A stretch of DNA of 64,000 bases, taken from positions 1,536,001 through 1,600,000 of the forward strand of contig OZ244999.1 in assembly GCA_965223265.1 (NCBI GenBank). Reading direction: 5' to 3'. Below the pieces are notes generated by a model. The model was not told the origin of the DNA. It was given only the letters and a program-made list of their open reading frames with translations, and did not search any database. Both the position numbers and the translations under genes were made by a program. Of this stretch, positions 1 through 11,782 are shown in pieces; position 1 is the stretch's first letter; every line of letters starts with the position of its first letter. Origin of the DNA: Planctomycetota bacterium (GTDB lineage Bacteria; Planctomycetota; UBA8108; SXIK01).

Positions 1-2
1 TC

Positions 3-677
3 GTCATCGTCGGACAGGACGGGCTCGTGGCCAACGTCGCGAAGTATCTCCAGGGTCAGCCGGTCATCGGAGTAAATCCCGACCCGAGCCGCTACGACGG
101 CATCCTCTGCCCGCATCGAGCAGAGATCTTGGGCGCGGCGCTCGACTGGGCCGCCAATCCGAGCGCTACTGAGTTCCGCCTGCAGCGGCGCGTCCTCGCT
201 CAGGCTGTGCGCGAGGACGGTCAACGCTTGCTCGGGCTCAACGAGGTGTTCGTCGGGCACCGAACCCATCAATCTGCGCGTTATGAGCTTCACGTCGACG
301 ATCACAAGGAGAGACAATCGTCGTCGGGTCTGGTCTGTGCCACGGGCACGGGGAGTACCGGTTGGGCTCGGTCGATCGCCGAGCAGCGAGGCATTCATGA
401 GTTGCCGCAGCCGGAGCTCGATGCCCTTGCGTGGTTCGTCCGCGAGCCGTTCCCGTCGGTGGCTACGGGAACGGACCTAGATCACGGGGTTTTGCACGGC
501 GGCGACCAATTGACCGTCTGTTCGAGCATGGAGACGGGCGGGGTTGTGTTCGCCGACGGGATCGAGACGGACGCGCTCGAGTTCGTCGACGGCCAGACGG
601 TGACGATCAGCGTCGCGCCTGAGCGGCTGCACGTCGTCGTCGCAGCTCAGCCTGTTGCCGCAGGGGCGAGCAGCTGA
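3..677 (+). CDS. ATP-NAD kinase-like protein (5' truncated by window edge)
   Basis: Frame is open from nt 3: VIVGQDGLVANVAKY (GGDG-like motif), GLNEVFVG (NE motif), SSGLVCATGTGSTGW (TPTGSTAY-like). Confidence 0.8.
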   Translation, partial: VIVGQDGLVANVAKYLQGQPVIGVNPDPSRYDGILCPHRAEILGAALDWAANPSATEFRLQRRVLAQAVREDGQRLLGLNEVFVGHRTHQSARYELHVDDHKERQSSSGLVCATGTGSTGWARSIAEQRGIHELPQPELDALAWFVREPFPSVATGTDLDHGVLHGGDQLTVCSSMETGGVVFADGIETDALEFVDGQTVTISVAPERLHVVVAAQPVAAGASS

Positions 678-939
678 ACGCGAGACGGGTGTCGAGCGCC
701 AACTGCAGCGCGAGGAGCGGCGGGTGAGCCGGCAGCGGAACACGCCACGGGTTCATGAGAAAGAACCTTTCACTGCGTTGCGGCATCCAAGTTGCGCCAC
801 AGCACAGGCTCGATTTCGTCAGATGACAGGAATCGTGTTTGGAGAGACTTCGGCTCCGGCCTATACTTGGCCGCGGAGGGATTCTTGCGACGGGTCGTCG
901 AGTAGGGTTGTGGGCTGCGAGGGTGGGGAAGGAGCGGTG

Positions 940-3430
940 ATGCGAGAACTTTCATCCGCCATTTCCGCCGGAACCCTTTGCCGATTTCGCTGCGCTACGT
1001 TGGCCATCGGCATTTTCACAGTAGAAGCGAGTGGCCTCGACGCAGCCGACGCACCCTTTCGACGTGGTGATGCGAACGTCGATGGCGTGGTCGACCTCGC
1101 CGATGGCGTGCGCATTCTCGGGGCGCTGTTCCTCGGCGACGGCGATTTCACGTGCGAGGACGCGCTCGATGCCGATGACTCGGGCGTGCTGGATCTCTCG
1201 GACGCGATTTATCTTCTGCGGCATCTGTTTGCTGGAACACCGGCGCCGCCAACGCCCGGAATAGAGAACTGCGGTTTGGACTTCCTGGGGCGCGACTCGC
1301 TGTCGTGCGATGAGTATCGTCCGGCAGATGCATCGCTAGCGTGTCACGCACGAGCTGCTGAAGACGTGTTGCCGTTGCCGCTGTTTCTCGCGAACTCGCC
1401 AACACCACCACTCGCGATTTGTGACTTCAACGGCGACGAACAGCTCGACATCCTCTCGACCTCCGAGAGGCAGTTGGAGATCCGTTTCGGAGTTCCAGGG
1501 CGCCGTCTCAGCGCTCCGCAGCTCGTAGATGACGTCGATGCGCGCTCCCTGGCTCGCGTCATGTGCGCTGACCTCGATGGCGTCGACGGCGTCGATGTTG
1601 TCCGCTACGGCACCTGGCGCTACCGCGTTCTCTCCAACGACGGTAGTGGTCGCTTTCGTTTGACCGATGGTCGTCCTGTCTTCGGTCAAGCATCTCGAAT
1701 TCAGCTGGAAGCTGGGGTCGCTGTTGACGTCAATCGAGACGATGTCTTGGACCTCGTCTTTTTCGCGGGTTCGACGACCGCTCAAAGGCTAACGATCGAG
1801 AGTCTCGTCGTTGTCGTTGGGATTCCTGGCGGAGGATTCGAGCTGCCGGTCTACCCCACACTCCCTTCACCGACGCGAGTGGCGCCGCAGCGCGCGCTTG
1901 TCAGCGCGGATTTCGACGGCGATAACCTGGAGGACGTGGCTTTCCTCGAACAAGGTGCAGGTTTTGGCGTGCTCCTGCTGCTCAACAACGGTGACACGAC
2001 GTTTCTTCCGAAGAGCGTTCCTACGTTCGAGACTCAGACTTCGCTCGTGACCGGGGATTTTGATGGTGACGGCCGTATCGATCTGGCCGCAACAACGCAG
2101 ACCGGGAAGCTGAGTCTCCTCCGCGGCAATGGAACCGGCGAGTTCGCGGAGGAGATTCTCTACGACGATCCAGCCAACTCCTTCACGGATCTTTTCGCAA
2201 CGGAACCGGACGAACAGGGGCTGCGTGAGGTCGTCGCCGTTGGAACAGAAACTGTGATCTTTCAGAACGGCCCAGATGGATTCGAGCCCACCTCGTCGCT
2301 TTCCTCGATTCCGTTCCCACTGGACGCCGCCGACCTGGACGGAGACGATCGACTTGACTTCGTGACCGCGGGTAGCACTGGTTTCTCCGTCCTCTTCAGC
2401 GATGCGCGCGAGGCGTTTAGTATTTCCCGGATTCGCAGCGATCCCGCGCAGTCACTTCACCTCGCCGACGTTGATCGGGATGGAGCCCCCAGATCTAATC
2501 GTGACGTCCATCAGGGCCGTCGATGTGTTTCTCAATCAAGACGGAAGCTTTTCCGGGCCGCCCACGTCGCATGCGCTCGCAAGCGCGGGCCGCTTTTCGA
2601 TCTGCGCGGACGTTGATGGTGACCAGCTGCAAGATGTGGTCGTGGTGCATGATCCGAGCACTTCCGAAGTGACCGTGTTCCTCGCGAGCGGCAAGAGCTC
2701 GCTGACGGAGCTGCCTGCGATCCGCGTCGGACTGAGTATCACCGCGATTCAAGCCGGAGACTTGGACGGTGACGGACTGGTCGATCTCGCGCTCGTTGCC
2801 GACAACCGAATCACTGCACTGTGGGGTCGTGGCAATGGCTCTTTCGATGGACCTTTTTTGGATGACTTCCGCGGCGTGGCGTCGATGGCACTCGGGGATG
2901 CTGACGGCGATGGCACGACTGAAATCGTGGCTTCCTACGCCGGCGGCGTTGTGAGAACGTTTCGCGCCGCTGGAGCTCGCTTGGAACTCGTCGGAGAGGA
3001 ATCTTTCATTGGTCGATCTTCAAGCGCGATCGAACTGGCGGATATGAACGGGGATGGACGGCAAGATCTTATCCTGCAGATGGAGGATCGCATTGACGTG
3101 AGATTGGGCGATGGCAGCGGGACTTTTGCCGACGGCCTGCTACGAACAGCGAGTGTCAGGGACTTTTTTCTTCTCGGCATGCCGCTACCGCAAGAGCTGC
3201 AAATCGTAGATGTGGACCAAGACGGGATTTTGGATGTGGTCTCGCCCTTCGCCGCCGATGGCTTGTTTCTTCTACGCGGACAAGGCGACGGTGGGTTTCG
3301 GCAACCAGGTTTTTTTGGCTGTTGTCGTAGGCTCGTAGCGTTCGAGGATCTCGACAGAAATGGCCGTCTCGACGTCGTTTCGACTGACGACGCGGCTAGC
3401 ATTACCGTGTATCTTGATCACCGCCAGTGA
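940..3430 (+). pseudogene. Dockerin-like + FG-GAP/VCBS repeat secreted protein, split by a one-base insertion at about 2486-2490
   Basis: ATG 940 with GGAAGGAG RBS; RGDANVDG..DLAD / DADDSG..DLSDAIYLL dockerin; many DxDGDG repeats. ORFs 655..2616 and 2402..3430 join at GGAGCCCCCAGAT (DGAP|DLIVT), collinear with the intact paralog 5206..7701. Confidence 0.8.
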
Positions 3431-3520
3431 TTTGATGCTCGGGTGGGCTCGTCGATTGGAGCCGCGAGGTGTTGACAAATCGTCGTACATGCACGCGAAC
3501 GACACCCGAGTGCTCTCAGC

Positions 3521-5041
<1,521 letters not shown>

Positions 5042-5205
5042 CTATGTCCTTGTGTTCGCTCAGGGCTGCATTCGATCGACTCTACTCGAGCACGGCAAAG
5101 GTGATTGGAGACCTGGAACCGGATCGCCTATATTGGCTGTGGAGGATGTTGCTGGACGGGTCGCAGAGGTGGCGTTGTGGTCCTGGGTGCTGGGAGGGAG
5201 CGACG

Positions 5206-7701
5206 ATGCCTGCGATTTCATGCGCTGAGGTAGTTGATTTTGTTCGGACGATTCGTTGCTTGAGGGGGTTCGTGCTAGCGACGACAACTTCGTTCGCCGT
5301 TGGCCTGGCACTCGAGATTCATTCCGCCGACGCACCTTTTCGGCGTGGCGACGCCAACGCCGACGGCGTCGTCGACCTCGGTGACGGCGTGCGCATCCTC
5401 GGCGCGCTCTTTCTCGGCGAGGGCGACGTGACGTGCGAGGACGCGCTCGACGCCGACGACTCAGGCGTGCTGGATCTCTCGGATGCGATTTATCTTCTGC
5501 GACATCTCTTTGCTGGCACACCTGCGCCGCCGACGCCGGGAATTCGAGAGTGCGGCTTTGACTTTGTCGGACGAGATGAGCTTTCGTGCGAGGAGTACCT
5601 GCCGCCGGACAGCTCGCTGGCTTGCAGCGCAAGGTTGCCCGAGGTTCTGCTGCCGCTGCCGACGTTTTTCTCCGGTCCCCGGGTGTTCGGTGAGTTCACT
5701 CCCAGTTCGCCGTTGGTCGTCTCTGACTTCAATGCCGACGGGCTCAAAGACGTCGTCTCGAACCTGGGATCAAAGCTGGAGATTCGGTTTGCCCTTGACG
5801 GGGGGCGGCTGTCGTTTCCGCAAACCGTTGACTCCGCGCTCTCGTCTCCTGCCTCCACGTCTTGCGTCGACATAGACGGTGTCCACGGTGAGGACTTCGT
5901 TCGCTACGACAACCAGACGTTTCGCGTCCTCGTCAACGAACCAGGCGGCACCTTTCGAGTAACAGAAAATCGTCAGGTGTTCAGCGTCACTTCAGGTCTG
6001 CGGCTTCAAGGAGGCGTCGAGATCGACGTGGATGTCGACGGAGTGTTCGATCTTTTTTTTCTCGGCGCCGCGGTGCAGGGGCGCGCGACCGAACGTCTCG
6101 TCACTGCTCGTGGAATGGGCGGAGGGCGATTCGAGCGACCGATCTACCAGTCGATCCCTTCGACAGGCCGTTCAGTTTCGGAGCGAGGCATTGTCAGTGC
6201 GGACTTTGACGTCGACGGATTTCCTGACATCGCTTTCATCGATCGCCGAACCAGGAATCTTACACTGTTGGTGAACCAGGGAGACTTAACGTTCTACGTC
6301 CTCGACCTTCCGACGAATCTACGGCTGCAAACGATTGCGACCTCGGACGTCGACAGTGACGGGGTCGCGGACATCGTAGGGGCGAGCTCCACCGGAAAAG
6401 TTGCGGTGCTCTACGGAGACGGACGAGGCTTGTTCGTCGAACAACTGTTTTTTGACGACCCTGCGATTGGGTTCAGAGAACTGCACATGATCGACTCAGA
6501 CGGAGGAGGTAAGACTGCGGTGGTTGCGGCTAGTGACGAGGCGCTCGTCTTCGAGGTGCAGCGTGGAGGGCTTGCGCTGACGGGCAGTCTCCCTGCCGTC
6601 CACGGTGCCATCGCGTTCAATGATTTGGACAGTGACGATCGAATCGACGTGCTCACGGACGCCTTCGCTGGTACGTCAGTTTTTTTGGGAGCCGACGCCG
6701 ATGGGTGGCGTGTCGACCGCTACGGGCCGAGCGCGGGCGTCCGATCGATCCACGTAGTTGACTTTGACGGCGATCGCGCTGACGACTTGATCATGACGAC
6801 ATTTGCAGAACTGCACTCGTTCCGCAACCAGGGCAACGGGCAGTTCGTGCCGGCGAGCTCGCAGTCGATTCCTGGCAATCACCTTGCGGTCCTCGCTGAT
6901 CTCGACGCGGACCGATCGCCCGATGTGCTTGTGGCACATGCAGCCGGTGTGATCGTCCTACTCGCCAGCAATACCCCTGGATTCTTCGAGGAGTTTCCCG
7001 CAGTCGACGTCGGTGGGGCCGTTCGCGCGATGGTACCCGCTGACCTTGACGGTGACGGTGTGGTGGATTTGGCCATGATCGTCGAGAACCGACTAAGAAT
7101 CCTCATGGGGCGCGGCGACGGGACTTTCGATCGCTTGATCGCCGACGATCCGAGGGGCGTGACGGCGATTGCCGCTCGCGAGGCGAGCGGCAATCGAAAG
7201 GCGGAGCTCTTTGTTGCGTCGCCAACCAGAATGCTGCGCATCTTTCGCGGTGACGGCGCCCGGTTGGCTCTCGCTGAAGAGTTTCGACTCGCCCGCCGGG
7301 CAACTGCGATCGACCTCGGTGACATGAATGGAGACGGCATCTCGGACCTCATCTTGGACACCGGACCTTGGCTCGAAGTGAGGTTGGGCGATGCCGAGGG
7401 CTCGTTCTCCTCCCATGAGCCAGAGGTTTTTCACTTCGGCGAGTTTTTGGATTGGATTCCGCCGGCGCGTGGAAGGCAAGTGGTGGATCTTGATCGCGAC
7501 GGCAAGATGGACCTGTGTCTGTTTCTGCCGACACACACGGCGGTACTGCGCGGGCAGGGAGATGGTCGCTTTGGGCAGCCGGAGTTCTTCGGCTGCTGCG
7601 GTGAGCACGTCCTGTTCGGTGATCTGGATGGCAACGGTCGCTTAGATGTCGTGTCGAGGCGATTCGGGCGGACGACTGTGTATCTGGATCAACGGCAGTA
7701 G
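5206..7701 (+). CDS. Dockerin-like + FG-GAP/VCBS repeat secreted protein
   Basis: ATG 5206 after GGGAGGGAG; RGDANADG dockerin pair; more than 10 D(F/L)DGDG..D repeats; ends FGDLDGNGRLDVVS..TVYLDQRQ. Confidence 0.88.
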   Translation: MPAISCAEVVDFVRTIRCLRGFVLATTTSFAVGLALEIHSADAPFRRGDANADGVVDLGDGVRILGALFLGEGDVTCEDALDADDSGVLDLSDAIYLLRHLFAGTPAPPTPGIRECGFDFVGRDELSCEEYLPPDSSLACSARLPEVLLPLPTFFSGPRVFGEFTPSSPLVVSDFNADGLKDVVSNLGSKLEIRFALDGGRLSFPQTVDSALSSPASTSCVDIDGVHGEDFVRYDNQTFRVLVNEPGGTFRVTENRQVFSVTSGLRLQGGVEIDVDVDGVFDLFFLGAAVQGRATERLVTARGMGGGRFERPIYQSIPSTGRSVSERGIVSADFDVDGFPDIAFIDRRTRNLTLLVNQGDLTFYVLDLPTNLRLQTIATSDVDSDGVADIVGASSTGKVAVLYGDGRGLFVEQLFFDDPAIGFRELHMIDSDGGGKTAVVAASDEALVFEVQRGGLALTGSLPAVHGAIAFNDLDSDDRIDVLTDAFAGTSVFLGADADGWRVDRYGPSAGVRSIHVVDFDGDRADDLIMTTFAELHSFRNQGNGQFVPASSQSIPGNHLAVLADLDADRSPDVLVAHAAGVIVLLASNTPGFFEEFPAVDVGGAVRAMVPADLDGDGVVDLAMIVENRLRILMGRGDGTFDRLIADDPRGVTAIAAREASGNRKAELFVASPTRMLRIFRGDGARLALAEEFRLARRATAIDLGDMNGDGISDLILDTGPWLEVRLGDAEGSFSSHEPEVFHFGEFLDWIPPARGRQVVDLDRDGKMDLCLFLPTHTAVLRGQGDGRFGQPEFFGCCGEHVLFGDLDGNGRLDVVSRRFGRTTVYLDQRQ

Positions 7702-7849
7702 GAAGTTGTGGGTCCGTCCCGTGTCATGGACGATCGCGGTCGAACGAAATCCTCCTTTCGGCGGCTGTTGGGAAAATACCAGCAGGGCGCCGGTCGCGAA
7801 GGGTAACGCCCCAACCGCTGGCCCCAACGGCGGCGTGACCATCGCTAAA

Positions 7850-9592
7850 CTATTTATTCTCCCCATCCCGTGTCGGTGTACCATCCGTGTGCGGCGACTC
7901 CTTCGCTTGCCGCGCCTTGGCGCGTTCTTCCGACAGCGCCGGACTCCAAGAGCTGCCGCGGCGAAAGAGCGCACCTTCCGTGAGTTGCCACGGCGGGTCG
8001 AAGCTCATCGGCCGGCGTCCAGCCGCCCAGACCGTGCCGCGTCGAATGAGAGCTGCGGCGCGGCGTACGGACTCGTCGGCATGACCAAGGACCGTCTGGA
8101 ACACTCTCCCTTCACCATAGCTATATGCCCAAGCCAGCGGTTCATCTCTCTTGGTGACGTTCGAGTGCGCCGTGACCAGTGGCACGATCGGTAGCTCTCC
8201 TTCCTGCCGAAAGTAGAGTTCGTCGAGTGTGTCGAAGGCCTTCAAGTCGCGCGTGATGGGATGCTCGGTTTCGGGCACCACTTCAACGCGAAACTCGCCG
8301 TAGGGATCGTGGCCGCTGCGCCCCTCGCCGTGCATCCAAACGCGACGGACGATGCGGCGAAACTCGGGCCAGTCGGTGTCGCTGCGCGTTGGCAGCGTGG
8401 CGTTGAAGGCGCCGTTGGCGTAGTGAACGACAGCCAGGCCGCCGCCTTCGCTCAGGTACTTGATGAAACCGGTTTTGGCCGCGTCCGATAGCCCTGGACG
8501 GTCCCAGTTCGAGTAGTTCAATACGAGCACGTCGTATGCTGAGATTCTCTCGGTGGCGAGATCCTCGATCTCCTCCGAGACTTCGACCCGCACGTAGGGG
8601 TTTTGCTCAAGCGCCACAAGCAGCGCTGCGGCCACCGGACGCCACTTGTGGCCGGGGAAATTGTGTCCCGTCAGAATGAGCGCTTTGATCGGCGTGTCGA
8701 TGCTAGAGCTGACGCCGCCGGCGGGCACCTTTGCGCCGGAGCTCCAAACAATTGCATTCAGGATTAAACGGCGAAAGTCGTCGTTCCACCAGTTGCTGAA
8801 AAAGTGTCCGCCAGTGAATCCAAAGCCGCGCCCACCGTCGGTTCGCTCCACGGCCCAACCGACCGTCCACTCAAGAGCGTCCTGCGGTGCTGCCGCGGCG
8901 ATGGGAACGAGGCGTGGGTCCTGGTCACGAAAGCGAATGTTGTGATAGAACTCTTCGCGGACGACAAACGGCTGGACGCCGCGACAGATAGGGTGCCGCT
9001 CGCGCGGGAGCGTAACGTGCCACTCCTTCGTCGTGATGGCGGAGTACCACTTCCTTGGACCCGTTCCGGTTTCATAGTCGAAGTAGCCGCCGACCCACTC
9101 TGTGATCTTGTCGTGAACACGAACTGGGTTGAATGTGCTCCAGTGAAATTGCACCAGGCCGCAGCCACGCTGCATGTGTCGTTCTAACTGCTGCAAGCGA
9201 TCACCGACATAGAGAGGGTGATCTTCCCCGCGATGATCACCGCCGTCTGAGATGAGGACGATGGTGTCAGCGTCGTCGAGTGCCGACGGCTCCTGGGGCC
9301 AGCCCTTGAAGTAGACCTCCGTGGTGACGTCTTTCAAATTGCGCGAGGTGTCGAGGAGGTGCTTCAGCAGGATGACGCTCTTTTCGTACTCGTGCGATGT
9401 TTTTGCATGGCCGGTGATCGGGCCGGCGATGAGCACGATCTTTCGCATCGCCTGGGCCTCCGATTTGAGACTCACTAAGGGAAAAAGAAGAAGGCAAAGG
9501 CCGACGATCGCCGACCTGAGCCAGCGGATTGTCGGCTGGCGGGACGCAGCGAGAGAAGGAGCTGGTGGGGAGGGGGGGTGACGTCGCGGCAT
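7850..9592 (-). CDS. Tandem ThuA-like (class I glutamine amidotransferase-fold) domain secreted protein
   Basis: Signal peptide, then two ThuA-type domains (KIVLIAG..H..HEY, GGRGFGFTGGH; ALILTG..H.W, HPIT..DELY, GRVFQTVLGH). Confidence 0.82.
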   Translation of the reverse strand: MPRRHPPSPPAPSLAASRQPTIRWLRSAIVGLCLLLFPLVSLKSEAQAMRKIVLIAGPITGHAKTSHEYEKSVILLKHLLDTSRNLKDVTTEVYFKGWPQEPSALDDADTIVLISDGGDHRGEDHPLYVGDRLQQLERHMQRGCGLVQFHWSTFNPVRVHDKITEWVGGYFDYETGTGPRKWYSAITTKEWHVTLPRERHPICRGVQPFVVREEFYHNIRFRDQDPRLVPIAAAAPQDALEWTVGWAVERTDGGRGFGFTGGHFFSNWWNDDFRRLILNAIVWSSGAKVPAGGVSSSIDTPIKALILTGHNFPGHKWRPVAAALLVALEQNPYVRVEVSEEIEDLATERISAYDVLVLNYSNWDRPGLSDAAKTGFIKYLSEGGGLAVVHYANGAFNATLPTRSDTDWPEFRRIVRRVWMHGEGRSGHDPYGEFRVEVVPETEHPITRDLKAFDTLDELYFRQEGELPIVPLVTAHSNVTKRDEPLAWAYSYGEGRVFQTVLGHADESVRRAAALIRRGTVWAAGRRPMSFDPPWQLTEGALFRRGSSWSPALSEERAKARQAKESPHTDGTPTRDGENK

Positions 9593-9627
9593 GATTCTCA
9601 CAAAAAATAAGGATCGGCGCTGCACTA

Positions 9628-9849
9628 CTACGGTCTTCGCAGCCACTGCCAGAGCCACAGGGCGAGTGTCAGCAGGACCGAAATGACGATGCAAGTAACG
9701 ATTGGAAAGTAGATTCTAAAGTTCTCTGACTCGATCCGAAGGTCGCCAGGGAGCCCTTTGAACCCGGCCTTGCCCAACCCCCAAATGAGGGCGCCGATGA
9801 TGGCGAGGGCCACAGCGAGGAGAACGATGGTCTTACCGATCTGTTCCAC
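9628..9849 (-). CDS. DUF2905 family small membrane protein
   Basis: GTG 9849 with GAGG RBS; GLPGDLRIE..NFRIYFPIVTCIVISVLLTL is the family signature. Confidence 0.85.
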   Translation of the reverse strand: MEQIGKTIVLLAVALAIIGALIWGLGKAGFKGLPGDLRIESENFRIYFPIVTCIVISVLLTLALWLWQWLRRP

Positions 9850-11407
9850 GACCTGAGTCCTCGTCGATTGCCTGCAGCGGGAAGATCTCGGAGCGCGTGT
9901 GCTGTGCCGCAAGGATTTTTCTCGCTTGCGCGACAATCTCGCTGTGTTCTCTCGCGATGTTGTGGGTTTCCCCCGGATCCTCTTCGAGGTCGTAGAGCTC
10001 TATCTGGAGGTTGCCGCTGTCGATCCCCTGACGCACAGCTTTCCAGCGGCCGAAACGAACTGACTGCTGGCCACCGTAGCCCTGAAACTCGCGATAGAGA
10101 AACGGTCGAGGCGGCTGCGGTTCGTTCCGTAGAGTCGGTGCGAAGCTAATGCCATCGATGCCAGCCGGCGCCGCGATTCCTACGATCTCCGCGATCGTTG
10201 GCAGGAAATCTTCGAAGCCGACGACGCGGTCTGTCGTAGTTCCCGCGATTGTTTTTCCAGGCCAGCGAACGACGAGCGGCACGCGGATGCCACCCTCATA
10301 AAGCGAGCCTTTCAGCCCGCGCAACTTGCCGACGCTAGCAAAGAAATCGTAGTCGACCTCCTCCTTGAGGTGCGTCGTGCCGTTGTCTGAGGTGAACATG
10401 ACGACCGTATTCTCTGTCAATTCGAGCTCATCGATGAGGCCCAGAAGCTTGCCGACTGATCGATCCATGTGCGTGATCATGGCGGCGTAGGCGGCCCGCG
10501 GCGTGAAGTGTGGTGTGTAGCCACCATCGGGACGAGTGAACGGTGGATCGTGCCAGCCGAGTGCGAGATAGGGTGACAGATGCTCCTGCGGGATATGCAG
10601 TGCGAGGTGAGGGATGACCGTTGGATAGAAGAGAAAGAACGGGCGGTCTTTGTTGTCGCGGACGAACTTCAGCGCGGCGTCGCGAATGCGATCTGGCGCG
10701 TAGTCTGACCCTTGAAAACTTGCGTAGCTCTTCGGGTCATTTGGTGGCGCGCCCGCAGGCAGCGATGCATGGCCGGGGACTGAAGGGGTGTTCTCCAGTG
10801 CGACGCGCTGCTGGTCGCTCCAAAGATACGACGGATAGTAGCTATGAGCGTGGCGCTGGCAGTTGTATCCGAAAAAGCGCTGAAATCCTTGGCGCAGCGG
10901 ATCGCCTTCCGATTGCGGTGGCCCGAGGCCCCATTTGCCGAAAGCACCGCTTGTGTAACCCGCGCTTGCGAGCGTTTCTGCAACCGTCACTTCCTGGCTC
11001 GGAAGCGGGGTCTGCCCTTCCGGTCGCTCCGCACGATTGTTACGGATCCACGCATGACCGGGATGCTTCCCAGTCATGAGCACGCATCGCGACGGTGCGC
11101 ACACCGCGTTTCCCGAGTAGGCCTGTGTGAAGCGCAGGCCACTCGAAGCGAGACGATCGATGTTGGGTGTGCGGATCTTCTTCTGGCCATAGCAACCCAG
11201 CTCGCGATAGCCGAGATCGTCGGCGACGATGAGGACAACATTCGGCGGTCGCACGTCAGGGAGTGCTCGCGGCGTCACGAGGAGAAGGAGCGTCCACAGA
11301 ATAGAGAAGAAGGTCGCGATCGCTGGCTCGTCCTCGAAGCGCTGCCTCAGTCTGAGAGGAAGCGGCGACGAGCGGGAGTCGTGCGAATTGAGCTGTGTTC
11401 GGTGCAT
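9833..11407 (-). CDS. Arylsulfatase (formylglycine-dependent sulfatase)
   Basis: PNVVLIVADDLGY, CAPSR (CxPxR) motif, GKWGLG, FTSDNG, KGSLYEGGIRVP, ELYDL..DPGE. Confidence 0.93.
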   Translation of the reverse strand: MHRTQLNSHDSRSSPLPLRLRQRFEDEPAIATFFSILWTLLLLVTPRALPDVRPPNVVLIVADDLGYRELGCYGQKKIRTPNIDRLASSGLRFTQAYSGNAVCAPSRCVLMTGKHPGHAWIRNNRAERPEGQTPLPSQEVTVAETLASAGYTSGAFGKWGLGPPQSEGDPLRQGFQRFFGYNCQRHAHSYYPSYLWSDQQRVALENTPSVPGHASLPAGAPPNDPKSYASFQGSDYAPDRIRDAALKFVRDNKDRPFFLFYPTVIPHLALHIPQEHLSPYLALGWHDPPFTRPDGGYTPHFTPRAAYAAMITHMDRSVGKLLGLIDELELTENTVVMFTSDNGTTHLKEEVDYDFFASVGKLRGLKGSLYEGGIRVPLVVRWPGKTIAGTTTDRVVGFEDFLPTIAEIVGIAAPAGIDGISFAPTLRNEPQPPRPFLYREFQGYGGQQSVRFGRWKAVRQGIDSGNLQIELYDLEEDPGETHNIAREHSEIVAQARKILAAQHTRSEIFPLQAIDEDSGRGTDR

Positions 11408-11492
11408 CTCTGGCTCTGTTACGCTTTTGAGCTCGTCATGTTTGAGGGAAACGCCCCTTCCGCACAGTGGAGGCGCATAGGGTTTTCTTTTT

Positions 11493-11590
11493 CTCTGCGC
11501 ACCTCTGCGTCCTCCGTGGTGAAAACTCTTTGGGACTCGATGTCACTGCGAGAAAGATGTTCACCGCAGAGTTCGCAGAGGAGCGCAGAG
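11493..11590. repeat. Imperfect 31-bp inverted repeat built from CTCTGCG/CGCAGAG units
   Basis: Arms 11493-11523 and 11560-11590 match 26/31 as reverse complements; lies in a divergent intergenic region. Confidence 0.75.
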
Positions 11591-11782
11591 TGAAAAGGTT
11601 GAGGTTTTGTGCAGCCATCGAGTCGAGCGGGTGGTGGGGTGAGGTGAACCAGCGGACTCACTCACACCAACACCCATATATAACGTCTCAGCGACGCCAG
11701 AAGTAGGCGTCGTTGCTGCGTTTCGATGCAGCTCGGTGGCAGCGGATTCCCCGCGGTGGCGCAATGCGGTATGCTCCACGCC

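Noticed and set aside
655-939. N-terminal extensions in the ORF track (655; also 4999, 11726, 22148, 23117, 40296)
   Set aside because: Downstream ATGs have better RBS or overlap context, and the extensions look non-coding or overlap neighbouring genes.
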